This document shows, piece after piece, positions 17,189 through 25,585 of a stretch of DNA of 32,000 nt. Each line of letters opens with the position of its first letter. Position 1 is the stretch's first letter. The notes below the pieces were generated by a model, which was not told where the DNA came from, ran no database searches, and saw only the letters and a program-made list of their open reading frames with translations. A program made the position numbers and the translations under genes. The DNA lies in contig NZ_LNTB01000001.1 of assembly GCF_001462395.1 (NCBI RefSeq), positions 690,001-722,000 on the forward strand, in the 5' to 3' direction. This DNA comes from Pyrodictium occultum. Its GTDB lineage: Archaea > Thermoproteota > Thermoprotei_A > Sulfolobales > Pyrodictiaceae.

Positions 17189-17460
17189 GCATAGAAAGCG
17201 ACGAGCTGGCGAGGATACTCGGCAGCAAGGGTAAGATCAAGATCCTTAGCCTGCTTGCCAGAAGCGGACAGCTCAACATAACTAGGATTATTAAGGATAC
17301 AGGGCTCCATCACCGTCTCGTGGAACAGCATCTCGAGGAGCTGAAGAACGCAGGGCTCGTAGAGGAACAGCGCATAGGGAGACTAAGACTATTTAGTCTT
17401 AGATACGACAACCCCAAGACAGCTGTACTGATCGAGCTTCTCCGAGCCTTCAACAAGTAG
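17185..17460 (+). CDS. Small winged-helix (ArsR/MarR-like) DNA-binding protein
   Basis: KIKILSLLARSGQLNITRIIKDTGLHHRLVEQHLEELKNAGLVEE is a wHTH pattern. Its ATG overlaps the cdc6 stop (ATGA at 17185-17188), with GGGAGGGTGA directly upstream. Confidence 0.65.
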   Translation: MSIESDELARILGSKGKIKILSLLARSGQLNITRIIKDTGLHHRLVEQHLEELKNAGLVEEQRIGRLRLFSLRYDNPKTAVLIELLRAFNK

Positions 17461-17475
17461 AGCCGGTAGAGCCGG
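17458..17475 (+). repeat. Perfect tandem duplication of a 9-mer (TAGAGCCGG x2) that includes the wHTH stop codon
   Basis: 17458-17466 equals 17467-17475. This gives two in-frame TAG stops 9 nt apart. Confidence 0.9.
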
Positions 17476-17560
17476 AAACCGCTCGGAGTGCTTTACAAGC
17501 CGGGGCTATACCGGAGATCTGGGGGCCCACAGTCCTCTATCCTCGAGGGGCGTGGCGGGT

Positions 17561-18034
17561 ATGGAGCAGATCGTATCCAGCCCGGCCCAGAGCCCTAGGA
17601 TGATTGACATATCACAGAAGTCTGTCGTGTACCGGGAAGCAGTCGCTTATGGCAGGATAAAGCTGAGAAGGTCCACCATAGAGGCTATAAGGAAGGGGCT
17701 CGTGGAGAAAGGCGACCCTCTCCTAGTAGCGTCTATAGCGGGTATTCAGGCTGCTAAGATGACGCCCCAGCTTCTGCCCATGTGCCATCCCATAGAGCTT
17801 ACAAATGTCGATGTAAAATGCTTCATAGAGGATGAGGATCACGTAGCATGCAGGGCCAGGGTTAAGGCTATAGCGAGGACCGGCGTGGAGATGGAGGCGC
17901 TTACTGCTGTTAGCGTAGCGCTCCTCAACGTATGGGATATGGTTAAGAAGCTTGAAAAGGATGAGAGAGGCTTGTACCCGGAGACGGCTATAGAAAAGAT
18001 AATTGTCGAGGAGAAGGTGAAGAAGGAGGGCTAA
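17561..18034 (+). CDS. moaC: Cyclic pyranopterin monophosphate synthase accessory protein MoaC
   Basis: MIDISQK, LLPMCHPIEL and GVEMEALTAVSVALLNVWDMVK. The start is either ATG 17561 or GTG 17552. Confidence 0.9.
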   Translation: MEQIVSSPAQSPRMIDISQKSVVYREAVAYGRIKLRRSTIEAIRKGLVEKGDPLLVASIAGIQAAKMTPQLLPMCHPIELTNVDVKCFIEDEDHVACRARVKAIARTGVEMEALTAVSVALLNVWDMVKKLEKDERGLYPETAIEKIIVEEKVKKEG

Positions 18035-18080
18035 GGCGCCTCAGTTCCGGCATTAAGCCTCGTTTTATGGGGCCCTGGTG

Positions 18081-19622
18081 CTAGATTGGGAGGGTGGTCT
18101 GGGACCCGCCACCCTTTCTACGCCGCCTGCTTCTAGAGCTCGTTCTAGACCTAGACCTCTTAGCCGTCTTTGTAGCTGCAGCGGGCTGGGCGGAGCCAGT
18201 AGCAGTAGGGCCCTTGCCCTCAGCAGCCTCTCCCCCCGCTGCCCGGGCACCCGCGCTTGCAGGCGAGGGCTTCTCTAGCCTCAGCAGAAGCATGTTAACA
18301 TGCTCCTTGACCCTACTATACATGGGGCCCGCCAGATACTTAACCATGCTGTCGGTCAGGTTGTAGCCTATTACAAGCCGTGCTGCGTAGTCGGGCCGCT
18401 CCCTGAATATGACAGAGAGTAGCGGGATTACCTCGCTCTTAGCCCTTGCCCTTGATATGTGGAGACGCTTAGCTATAACCTCGGCCAGCGCATCCCTGAT
18501 CTCACGTACTTCCTTTGTGCGTGCGAGCATCATTATCTTCTGGGGAAACTGGTACCTAGCCCACTTGAACTTGCTCTTCTTCCTAGCCAGCGCCACTCCA
18601 GGGCCCGCCAGGTCGAAGACATAGGAGAGGAGGTCCCAGGACTGGGTGCGGATTATCCTGCCGAGGAATATGTCGGCCCGGGCCAGGGCCTCATGCGCTC
18701 TCCATATATCCTCGGGGTCGCTATACTGCGCAGCGATATTCTCGTTCACCCACTGCAGCATAGTATTATAGTCTAGATCAGTATGGGTGACTGCACGCTT
18801 AGCCTGCCAGGCATACCTTGACATGAACAGGTGGCGCAGCATCTCCCAAGGCGTGTACTCGCGATCCCTCGAAGCAATCACACCCCTGACTATGTCCACC
18901 GTGACCCTGCCATAGCCCTCAGCTATTGCCTGGAGATCATTTATCGCCGAGCGTAGATCGCCCTCACAGCGCTGGGCTATGAGCTTGAGGGCAGCATCCT
19001 CGCATTCCAACCCCTCCATACTACATATCTTCTTCAGCACCTGCACCACATGGCGCTCGGACAGCCTGTTAAAGGGTATCATGAGGGCTGCTTCGCGGAG
19101 AGGGCGGAGCTTCTGATCCCAGGGGTCATTGGCAGTCATAACTATCGGGTGACGAGCAACCTTTATGAGATCTAGGATAGCGTCGAGCCCGCCTTTGTCG
19201 GCCGTACCAGATATGCCGTCCACCTCGTCGAGTAGAATTATCCTCCTACGGCCAAAGAGGCTGCTCTGCGTCGCAGCCACCTTAGCTATCCTGTTTATAT
19301 CCTCGCGTCTCCTGAAGTCAGACGCGTTCATCTCTATTAGCTCAAGCCCAAACTCGTGAGCGGCTGCCTCTACGAGGCTTGTCTTACCCACGCCAGCAGG
19401 CCCATAGAGGAGGGCCGCCTTCTTCTCCGGAGGCCGCCCAGAGAGCCACTGGCGCAACCATGGTATGAACTTCTCCTTCGCCTGTTCCTGGTTAACCACA
19501 TCATCTATCCTACGGGGCCTATACTTCATGATCCAGGGGAGGTTCCTTGTCGTCAAAACCAACCCCTCATGCCAGGGGATGATACGCCGCGGAGCTGATG
19601 CCCCCGTGACAGCGGAGGCCAT
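18081..19622 (-). CDS. rfcL: Replication factor C large subunit
   Basis: [18 protein letters not shown], Walker [10 protein letters not shown] and Walker B LLDEVDG. It sits directly downstream of rfcS and has a long disordered Ala/Ser/Arg tail. Confidence 0.9.
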   Translation of the reverse strand: MASAVTGASAPRRIIPWHEGLVLTTRNLPWIMKYRPRRIDDVVNQEQAKEKFIPWLRQWLSGRPPEKKAALLYGPAGVGKTSLVEAAAHEFGLELIEMNASDFRRREDINRIAKVAATQSSLFGRRRIILLDEVDGISGTADKGGLDAILDLIKVARHPIVMTANDPWDQKLRPLREAALMIPFNRLSERHVVQVLKKICSMEGLECEDAALKLIAQRCEGDLRSAINDLQAIAEGYGRVTVDIVRGVIASRDREYTPWEMLRHLFMSRYAWQAKRAVTHTDLDYNTMLQWVNENIAAQYSDPEDIWRAHEALARADIFLGRIIRTQSWDLLSYVFDLAGPGVALARKKSKFKWARYQFPQKIMMLARTKEVREIRDALAEVIAKRLHISRARAKSEVIPLLSVIFRERPDYAARLVIGYNLTDSMVKYLAGPMYSRVKEHVNMLLLRLEKPSPASAGARAAGGEAAEGKGPTATGSAQPAAATKTAKRSRSRTSSRSRRRRKGGGSQTTLPI

Positions 19623-19668
19623 GGTAATAATAACGTGGCATGGCTTATGCGCTCATGGTCTACGGGAG

Positions 19669-20667
19669 CTAGGAGCCCTGCAGCTTCTGCCCCAGCAGGG
19701 TCAGCCATGCCAGGAACGCGTTGAGCTGTATCTCGTCGTCGGCTCCTTCTACAAGCCTGAACTGTATCTCCCCCGTGTAGTCTGCTATCATCACCCTTAC
19801 CTCCTCGGGTATTTTCAACTCCTGGCTGAATATCTCGCGGTGGATCTGCTTTATCACATCCGTGCCGCTCAGCCCGTAGTTTATCATTAGGCCCCTCAGC
19901 TTCTCGCGGGCCTTCATGAAGTCTCCGCTTAGGGCTAGCTGTATAACCTCTCTTATCTCTCTGGGATGAGCTAGCCCCACCACCTTGTACACCGTCTCGG
20001 GGGTTACAACACCCAGGGCCGCCGCAGCCTGGAGGGTGTTTATGGCGCGCCTCATATCGCCCTCGCTGATCTCGTATATGGTCTCCAGGCCTTCCTCTGT
20101 ATACTTGCAGCCCTCCTGCCCGCATATCCATTTTAACCTGGCCACCACGTCCTCCTTCTTGAGCGGCGTGAACCTGAAGAGGGCGCAGCGGGACTGTATG
20201 GGCTCTATTATCTTGCTGGGGAAGTTTGCTATTAGTATGAAGCGGCTGGAGGCAGTATACATCTCCATTAGGCGGCGGAGCGCCTGCTGAGCGTCGGCGG
20301 TCATGTTGTCGGCCTCGTCGAGCAATACTATTTTGAAGGGCACGTTAGGCGGCGTTCTGCTACGCGCAAACTCCTTAACCTTAGTCCTTATCGTGTCTAT
20401 ACCCCTCTCGTCGCTGGCGTTTAGCTCGAGCATATACTGCATATAATTCTCTCCATAGAGGTCATGGGCCAGCGCGTGGGCCGCTGTGGTCTTACCGGTA
20501 CCCGGCGGCCCTACGAAGAGGAGATGAGGCATGTTCTTTTCCTCAACAAACTTCTTGAGCCTCCTAACTACCTCCTCCTGATTCACTATCTCATCCAGCG
20601 TTCTAGGCCGGTACTTCTCCGCCCAGAGTAGCTCGGAGAGGCTCGTGCTCAAGGCTGGATCCTCCAT
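19669..20667 (-). CDS. rfcS: Replication factor C small subunit
   Basis: WAEKYRPRTLDEIVNQ, GPPGTGKTT, LLDEADNMT, the SRC motif (IQSRCALFRF) and GDMRRAIN. There is no intein. Confidence 0.95.
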   Translation of the reverse strand: MEDPALSTSLSELLWAEKYRPRTLDEIVNQEEVVRRLKKFVEEKNMPHLLFVGPPGTGKTTAAHALAHDLYGENYMQYMLELNASDERGIDTIRTKVKEFARSRTPPNVPFKIVLLDEADNMTADAQQALRRLMEMYTASSRFILIANFPSKIIEPIQSRCALFRFTPLKKEDVVARLKWICGQEGCKYTEEGLETIYEISEGDMRRAINTLQAAAALGVVTPETVYKVVGLAHPREIREVIQLALSGDFMKAREKLRGLMINYGLSGTDVIKQIHREIFSQELKIPEEVRVMIADYTGEIQFRLVEGADDEIQLNAFLAWLTLLGQKLQGS

Positions 20668-20702
20668 ACCCCGGTATACTGGACTCTACACCAGCTAACG
20701 CC

Positions 20703-20709
20703 TATATTA
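20703..20709. promoter_or_regulatory. TATA-like box (TATATTA) in the 77-bp divergent rfcS/gins23 intergenic region
   Basis: One of two short A/T islands in the gap (the other is CTAATT at 20721-20726). It lies about 40 nt from each start codon (20667 on the - strand, 20745 on the + strand). Confidence 0.35.
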
Positions 20710-20744
20710 GAGCGGTTACGCTAATTCCCGCACCGGGCCCCTAC

Positions 20745-21311
20745 ATGGGCAAGGACAGGCTTAGCCTCATGTTGAAGATCTCCGAGATAGCGTATAAACT
20801 CCGGCCAGTACGCGTAATGGTGCTCCGGGACGAGAAGCCGTTCACCGTCGACGGGCAGAAGGTGGAGCTGCAAAAGGGCATAGAGATGGAAGTACCCTAT
20901 TGGCTATCAAGAGTACTTATAGAGGAGGAAGTCGCCAACACTACCGAGATGCCAATAACCATAGAGGATATAGCCCGTGTGCACTTCTCCGCGCTAAGCG
21001 CCAGAACGCCAGCCGACCTGGAGCCCCTGCCCCAGAACTTCTACAGGAATGTAAAGGATCTCATAGAGAGCCTCGAGGAGAGGATTAGACGCGAGCTGAA
21101 CCCCGCCCTACTGGAGGAGAAGCAGAAGGCGATCCAGTACCTGGCCGAGATTGTGGACAAGAGGCTCCTCATAATGCTTCAGAGCTTGAGAAGCCCCACC
21201 GCGATAGCTGAGGTCTCATCAAAGCTAGCCCCAGAGGAGGCTATGCTCCTCGAGACGTTATATAAGACCATCGAGGAGTGGAAGCGTAACATACTGCCAG
21301 AGCATCAATAG
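20745..21311 (+). CDS. gins23: GINS subunit, Gins23-like (Psf2/Psf3 homologue)
   Basis: It sits immediately upstream of mcm, as in other crenarchaea. EMEVPYWLSRVLIEEEVA resembles the GINS LPxWLA motif, followed by a helical A-domain-like C terminus. Confidence 0.6.
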   Translation: MGKDRLSLMLKISEIAYKLRPVRVMVLRDEKPFTVDGQKVELQKGIEMEVPYWLSRVLIEEEVANTTEMPITIEDIARVHFSALSARTPADLEPLPQNFYRNVKDLIESLEERIRRELNPALLEEKQKAIQYLAEIVDKRLLIMLQSLRSPTAIAEVSSKLAPEEAMLLETLYKTIEEWKRNILPEHQ

Positions 21312-21390
21312 ATTCATGTATGGGAAGGGTTAAGGAAGCAGCTCTGCGCCAGCTCTACCTCCAGGACCTGGAGCCGGGGACACTAGAACC

Positions 21391-23490
21391 ATGGAGCCCC
21401 TGTCAACTAACATTGAGCGGGAGGAAGTTATCGATGTACATGAAAGGTTCTACGAGTTCATAAGAGGCTTCAGGGATCGTAGCGGCTCCTATAAGTATAG
21501 GGAGCGTCTAAAGCAGATGATAACTATGGGCCAGAAGAGCTTGATAGTTGACTATAACGACCTCTACTTGTTCGACAATAGGCTGGCCAGGCTGCTGATA
21601 GACCGTCCCGACGAGGTACTCCGCCAGGCTAGTAACGTTGTGAAGGAGATTGTTGAAAGCGAGGCGCCGGAGTACGCGGAGACTGTGGAACACTTCTATG
21701 TACGCATACGTGCCCTGCCGAGGACTGTGCCGCTCCGCCGGCTCCGGAGCGAGTATCTGGGCAAACTGGTTATGCTTGAGGGCATCCTCGTTAGGACTAC
21801 ACCCGTTAAGGAGAAGGTGGTTAAGGCAAAGTTCATGCACTGTACAAGGGAGCATGGCTGCCATAAGTTTGACTGGCCCCCGGAGGGCGAGCTTATAGGA
21901 GACGTTCTCGAGAGGCCGCCCGCCTGCCCGGTCTGCGGCTCCTCCAGTGGCACCTTCCGCCTCCTCCCGGAGGAGTCCAAGCTGATAGACTGGCAGAGGA
22001 TAGTGCTTCAGGAGAGGCCGGAGGAGGTGCCTCCGGGCCAGCTCCCGAGGAGTATAGAGGTGGTACTGCAGGATGAGCTCGTGGACACTGCTAGACCAGG
22101 TGACAGGATAAGTGTAGTAGGTATTGTAAGGGTTAGACCCGACTCGGTGGCCAAGAAGAAGGCCATCTACGACCTATACATAGAGGCTAACCACATAGAA
22201 GTATCGCAGAAGATCCTCGAGGAGGTAGTGATAACCAGAGAGGACGAGGAGAGAATAAGGGCTTTAGCCAAGGACCCCTGGATACACAAGAGGATTATAG
22301 CCAGCATAGCACCCGCCATATACGGCCACTGGGAGATAAAGGAGGCCATAGCACTGGCGCTCTTCGGCGGCGTCCCCAAGGTGACCGAGGACGGAGTGAG
22401 GATACGTGGCGATATACACGTGCTGATAGTAGGCGACCCGGGCACCGCAAAGAGCCAGCTCCTCCAATACGCTGCGAGGATAGCGCCTCGAGGAATCTAT
22501 ACAACCGGTAAGGGAGCGACTGCGGCAGGACTCACAGCCGCTGTAATAAGGGACAAGACCACCGGCGAATACTACCTCGAGGCGGGCGCGCTCGTCCTAG
22601 CTGACGGGGGCGTGGCAGCGATAGACGAGATAGACAAGATGCGCGATGAGGATCGCGTAGCCATACACGAGGCAATGGAGCAGCAGACCGTGAGCATAGC
22701 TAAGGCCGGCATAGTTGCTAAGCTGAACGCTAGAACAACAGTTATAGCCGCCGGCAACCCCAAGTTCGGCCGCTATCTAGCCAACAGGGCCCTCGCAGAT
22801 AATATAAACCTGCCCATCACGATACTCTCACGATTTGACCTCATATTCATACTTAGAGACCAGCCTAATCCGGAGGAGGACCGGAAACTAGCTAGGCACG
22901 TGCTCGAAGTACACCGAGAAACCGAGAAAACTAAGCCTGAAATAGACCCTACGCTGCTGAAGAAGTACATAAGCTATGCCCGCCGCTACATGAGGCCAAG
23001 GCTAACCCTTGAGGCGAGCAAGCTGATAGAGGACTTCTACGTGGAAATGAGGCGGATGAGCAGTGAGAACCCTGAAGGCCCCATAGCTATAACGGCTAGG
23101 CAGCTTGAGGCCTTGATACGCCTCGCCGAGGCCCATGCTAAGATGGCTCTCCGTAGCGAGGTTACTAGGGAGGATGCGGAGGCTGCAATAAGGCTTATGA
23201 AAACATTCCTGGAGAGCAGTGGCATGGACATAGAGAGTGGGAGAATAGACATAGACGTTATAATGACCGGGAAGCCGCGGAGCAAGCAGGAGAAGCTGAC
23301 CAGGATAATGGAGATAATAGAGGAGCTTGAGCAGGAGAGCGAGGACGGGTGTGCGAAGGTTAAGGAAGTGGTCAAGAGGGCTGCCAGCGAGGGCATAGAC
23401 TCAAGCCTCGTCGAAGAGGCTATCCGCACGTTCCGCAGGGATGGAGTCATATACGAAAAGAGTCTCGGCTGCTACGCCGTGGTAAGGTAG
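21391..23490 (+). CDS. mcm: MCM replicative helicase
   Basis: N-terminal Zn motif (HCTREHGCH...CPVCG), Walker A GDPGTAKSQLL, Walker B AAIDEIDKM, Arg finger SRFDLIF and a C-terminal winged helix. The product is 699 aa with no intein. Confidence 0.97.
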   Translation: MEPLSTNIEREEVIDVHERFYEFIRGFRDRSGSYKYRERLKQMITMGQKSLIVDYNDLYLFDNRLARLLIDRPDEVLRQASNVVKEIVESEAPEYAETVEHFYVRIRALPRTVPLRRLRSEYLGKLVMLEGILVRTTPVKEKVVKAKFMHCTREHGCHKFDWPPEGELIGDVLERPPACPVCGSSSGTFRLLPEESKLIDWQRIVLQERPEEVPPGQLPRSIEVVLQDELVDTARPGDRISVVGIVRVRPDSVAKKKAIYDLYIEANHIEVSQKILEEVVITREDEERIRALAKDPWIHKRIIASIAPAIYGHWEIKEAIALALFGGVPKVTEDGVRIRGDIHVLIVGDPGTAKSQLLQYAARIAPRGIYTTGKGATAAGLTAAVIRDKTTGEYYLEAGALVLADGGVAAIDEIDKMRDEDRVAIHEAMEQQTVSIAKAGIVAKLNARTTVIAAGNPKFGRYLANRALADNINLPITILSRFDLIFILRDQPNPEEDRKLARHVLEVHRETEKTKPEIDPTLLKKYISYARRYMRPRLTLEASKLIEDFYVEMRRMSSENPEGPIAITARQLEALIRLAEAHAKMALRSEVTREDAEAAIRLMKTFLESSGMDIESGRIDIDVIMTGKPRSKQEKLTRIMEIIEELEQESEDGCAKVKEVVKRAASEGIDSSLVEEAIRTFRRDGVIYEKSLGCYAVVR

Positions 23491-23533
23491 TGCATAAAAG
23501 CAGGCCGGCGAGCATATGTATTATCTCTAGTAT

Positions 23534-23836
23534 TCAGCTGGACCCGCTGGCCTCCTCTCCAGAACCGCCCTCGAATAGCTCTAGGCAGCCCTCCCTCTCC
23601 AGCCTCATCCTCCACATGTTTATGGGCATCCACATTATCCATGCAGGGATGCGCTTTATGAACTCGTAAGCCTCCTCCCAGCTCTCCAGCCCAAGCTTGC
23701 GGGCAAGCTCCTCAAGGCCCATTGGGCGGTGGAGGTACTCGTGTATAACCTCGAGCACCTGCGGCGTTATGAATACCTGCTTCTCACCCACGGGTATGAT
23801 GTACTCACGACACTTCTCGCTCATACCCTGCTGCAC
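23534..23836 (-). CDS. Hypothetical small protein. The start is GTG 23836 or, more likely, ATG 23824.
   Basis: The ORF has a TATA-like element (revcomp CATATAATGCTTAAAC, 23865-23880) upstream. It has a possible HTH (MGLEELARKLGLESWEEAYEFI) and a Trp/Met-rich segment. Confidence 0.45.
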   Translation of the reverse strand: MQQGMSEKCREYIIPVGEKQVFITPQVLEVIHEYLHRPMGLEELARKLGLESWEEAYEFIKRIPAWIMWMPINMWRMRLEREGCLELFEGGSGEEASGSS

Positions 23837-23864
23837 CCGAGGCAGCCATGCGGCTCCCGGGGTA

Positions 23865-23880
23865 GTTTAAGCATTATATG
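23865..23880 (-). promoter_or_regulatory. TATA-like element upstream of the 23534-23836 ORF
   Basis: A/T island GTTTAAGCATTATATG flanked by CCCGGG palindromes at 23856 and 23896. Confidence 0.4.
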
Positions 23881-24008
23881 CAGGCTGGGGCGGTACCCGG
23901 GGGCGGAAGTTAACAAGGCTACATCACCGCCCCCGGGGAGGGCTTCAGCGCTGGAACGCGCGGGCATCCCGCCCTCCAGGCTCCCAGGGGATGGCCGGGG
24001 TAGGGGCT

Positions 24009-24572
24009 CTAATTTACCGCTGGGCCTCGGGAAGCCCTCACTGCATGGACTATGCTCTTCACAAACCTGTAGACCTCGTCTACGAGGCTGTCCCTGTTCT
24101 CGAGCGTTACCCTGAACCACCTGCCGCGCTGCTGGAGCTGGGGTAGGACCTCCCGGTCGGAGAGCCTCTCATGCACCACGAACAGCCCCGGCTTCCCCGA
24201 GCGGAGGATGGATAGGATTGACCCCCGGATGCCGGGGAGCTTAAGCTCCATAGGGCCTATCTCGTCTATGACCACCAAGTCCGCCTGGCTCGCCTCCTCG
24301 GCCGCCCGGCTTGCAACCTCCTCGGCCTCTCTACACGTATTATACCGGCCTACACGGGGGCCGGAGCAGCCATCCACCCTGGCCAGCCAGGCTTCATGGC
24401 GGCCATCGAGGCTCATTATCCTGAAGCCTACCCTCCTACCTCCCCGGCGGACCTCGGGGCAGTAGAAGCCGGCTAGCCTATAGCCCTCCTCTCTGAGCCT
24501 CTCCGCCACCCTGCGCACGAGCGTGGTCTTGCCCACACCAGGCCTCCCCGTGACGAGCGCGTAGAGGTACAC
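24009..24572 (-). CDS. THEP1-type NTPase (COG1618)
   Basis: Walker A VTGRPGVGKTTLV, Walker B LVVIDEIGPMEL and GFYCPEVRRGGRRVGF, with the size typical of THEP1. Confidence 0.75.
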   Translation of the reverse strand: MYLYALVTGRPGVGKTTLVRRVAERLREEGYRLAGFYCPEVRRGGRRVGFRIMSLDGRHEAWLARVDGCSGPRVGRYNTCREAEEVASRAAEEASQADLVVIDEIGPMELKLPGIRGSILSILRSGKPGLFVVHERLSDREVLPQLQQRGRWFRVTLENRDSLVDEVYRFVKSIVHAVRASRGPAVN

Positions 24573-24626
24573 GCCTAGGCACCCCAGGGGCGGCGGGGAT
24601 GGGAGCCCGTTAGACCGGGTATGGCG

Positions 24627-25463
24627 CTATTTTAGCCCCCTCTGTGCAGCATGGAGCTTGTAGCTGCTCTTCCTGGCCATGTACTCCTCCGGCGGCACGT
24701 AGAAGAGGAGCTTCCCCGTGTGGTAATCACGTATCACTGTGCGGGCGGCCTCCTCTATGAGGGGCTCACCGTCACTCTTATACCTCCATCCACGCTTCAA
24801 GGCTATAAGCTCGAGTATCCGGTATGGATCCTTCTCATCGATACCGTAAGCCTCCTTGACAGCTAAGGGGTTGTACCTCAACGCCCTTTCGAGGAGCATT
24901 ACAGCAGGGCGGACAGGGTCTTCCAGCTGCTCAGGGGGCCGGCCACGTATGATAGCCTCCAGGGGGCCGCCCTCAACCGGTATGACGCCGGGCGTGTCAA
25001 GCATGTAGAGGTTTTCGCCTATACGGTAGAGCTGGGCGTGGGTAGTGTAGCCGGGGCTCCCAGGTATAGGGCTTGTCGAGGCGCTATGCCTGCCTTTCAG
25101 AGCATTTATTATCGTGGACTTACCGGTCTTGGGGAACCCAGCAACAGCCACTATAGCCGGATAGGTCTCAACGACATCTCTTATGGCCCGGCGCAGAACC
25201 CTGGTACCCTTGTGATCGCGGGCAGCCATGTAGACAGTACGGTAACCCTGATCCTCGAGGATGCGCTTCCACTTCTCAGCGACCCCGCGGGGCACCAGGT
25301 CAGCCTTATTGATGACTATTAGGAGGCGCTTCCCTAGGCTCTGCACCATCCTCTCTAGCCGCAGGCTCCTTGTCGAGACCGGGTCGCGCGCATCGACAAC
25401 CTCGAGTACTACGTCGACACGCCTTACTATCCACGCCAAGGATCTCCAGGATGCGAGGATCAT
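24627..25463 (-). CDS. Circularly permuted GTPase (YlqF/YawG family, ribosome biogenesis)
   Basis: G4 INKAD precedes G1 GFPKTGKST and G3 DTPGV. This G4-G1-G3 order defines cpGTPases. Confidence 0.8.
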   Translation of the reverse strand: MILASWRSLAWIVRRVDVVLEVVDARDPVSTRSLRLERMVQSLGKRLLIVINKADLVPRGVAEKWKRILEDQGYRTVYMAARDHKGTRVLRRAIRDVVETYPAIVAVAGFPKTGKSTIINALKGRHSASTSPIPGSPGYTTHAQLYRIGENLYMLDTPGVIPVEGGPLEAIIRGRPPEQLEDPVRPAVMLLERALRYNPLAVKEAYGIDEKDPYRILELIALKRGWRYKSDGEPLIEEAARTVIRDYHTGKLLFYVPPEEYMARKSSYKLHAAQRGLK

Positions 25464-25585
25464 TCCAAGCCACCCAAGAGCGCAGCGGCCTCGGCGGAGA
25501 GGCTGGCTCTATTGCACCCCTTACCCTCCAGGCCTCTCGGAGAGCTTGTGCCTACGCGTTTAATAAAGCTAGCCGGGTGGAGGAG

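Noticed and set aside
15316-17551. A replication origin (ORB boxes plus an AT-rich unwinding element) might be expected next to orc1/cdc6
   Set aside because: The flanking gaps are only 34 nt and 91 nt, they are not AT-rich, and I found no TCCA-N-TGGAAAC-type ORB repeats. Not every Orc1/Cdc6 paralogue abuts an origin. In Sulfolobus, for example, cdc6-2 does not.
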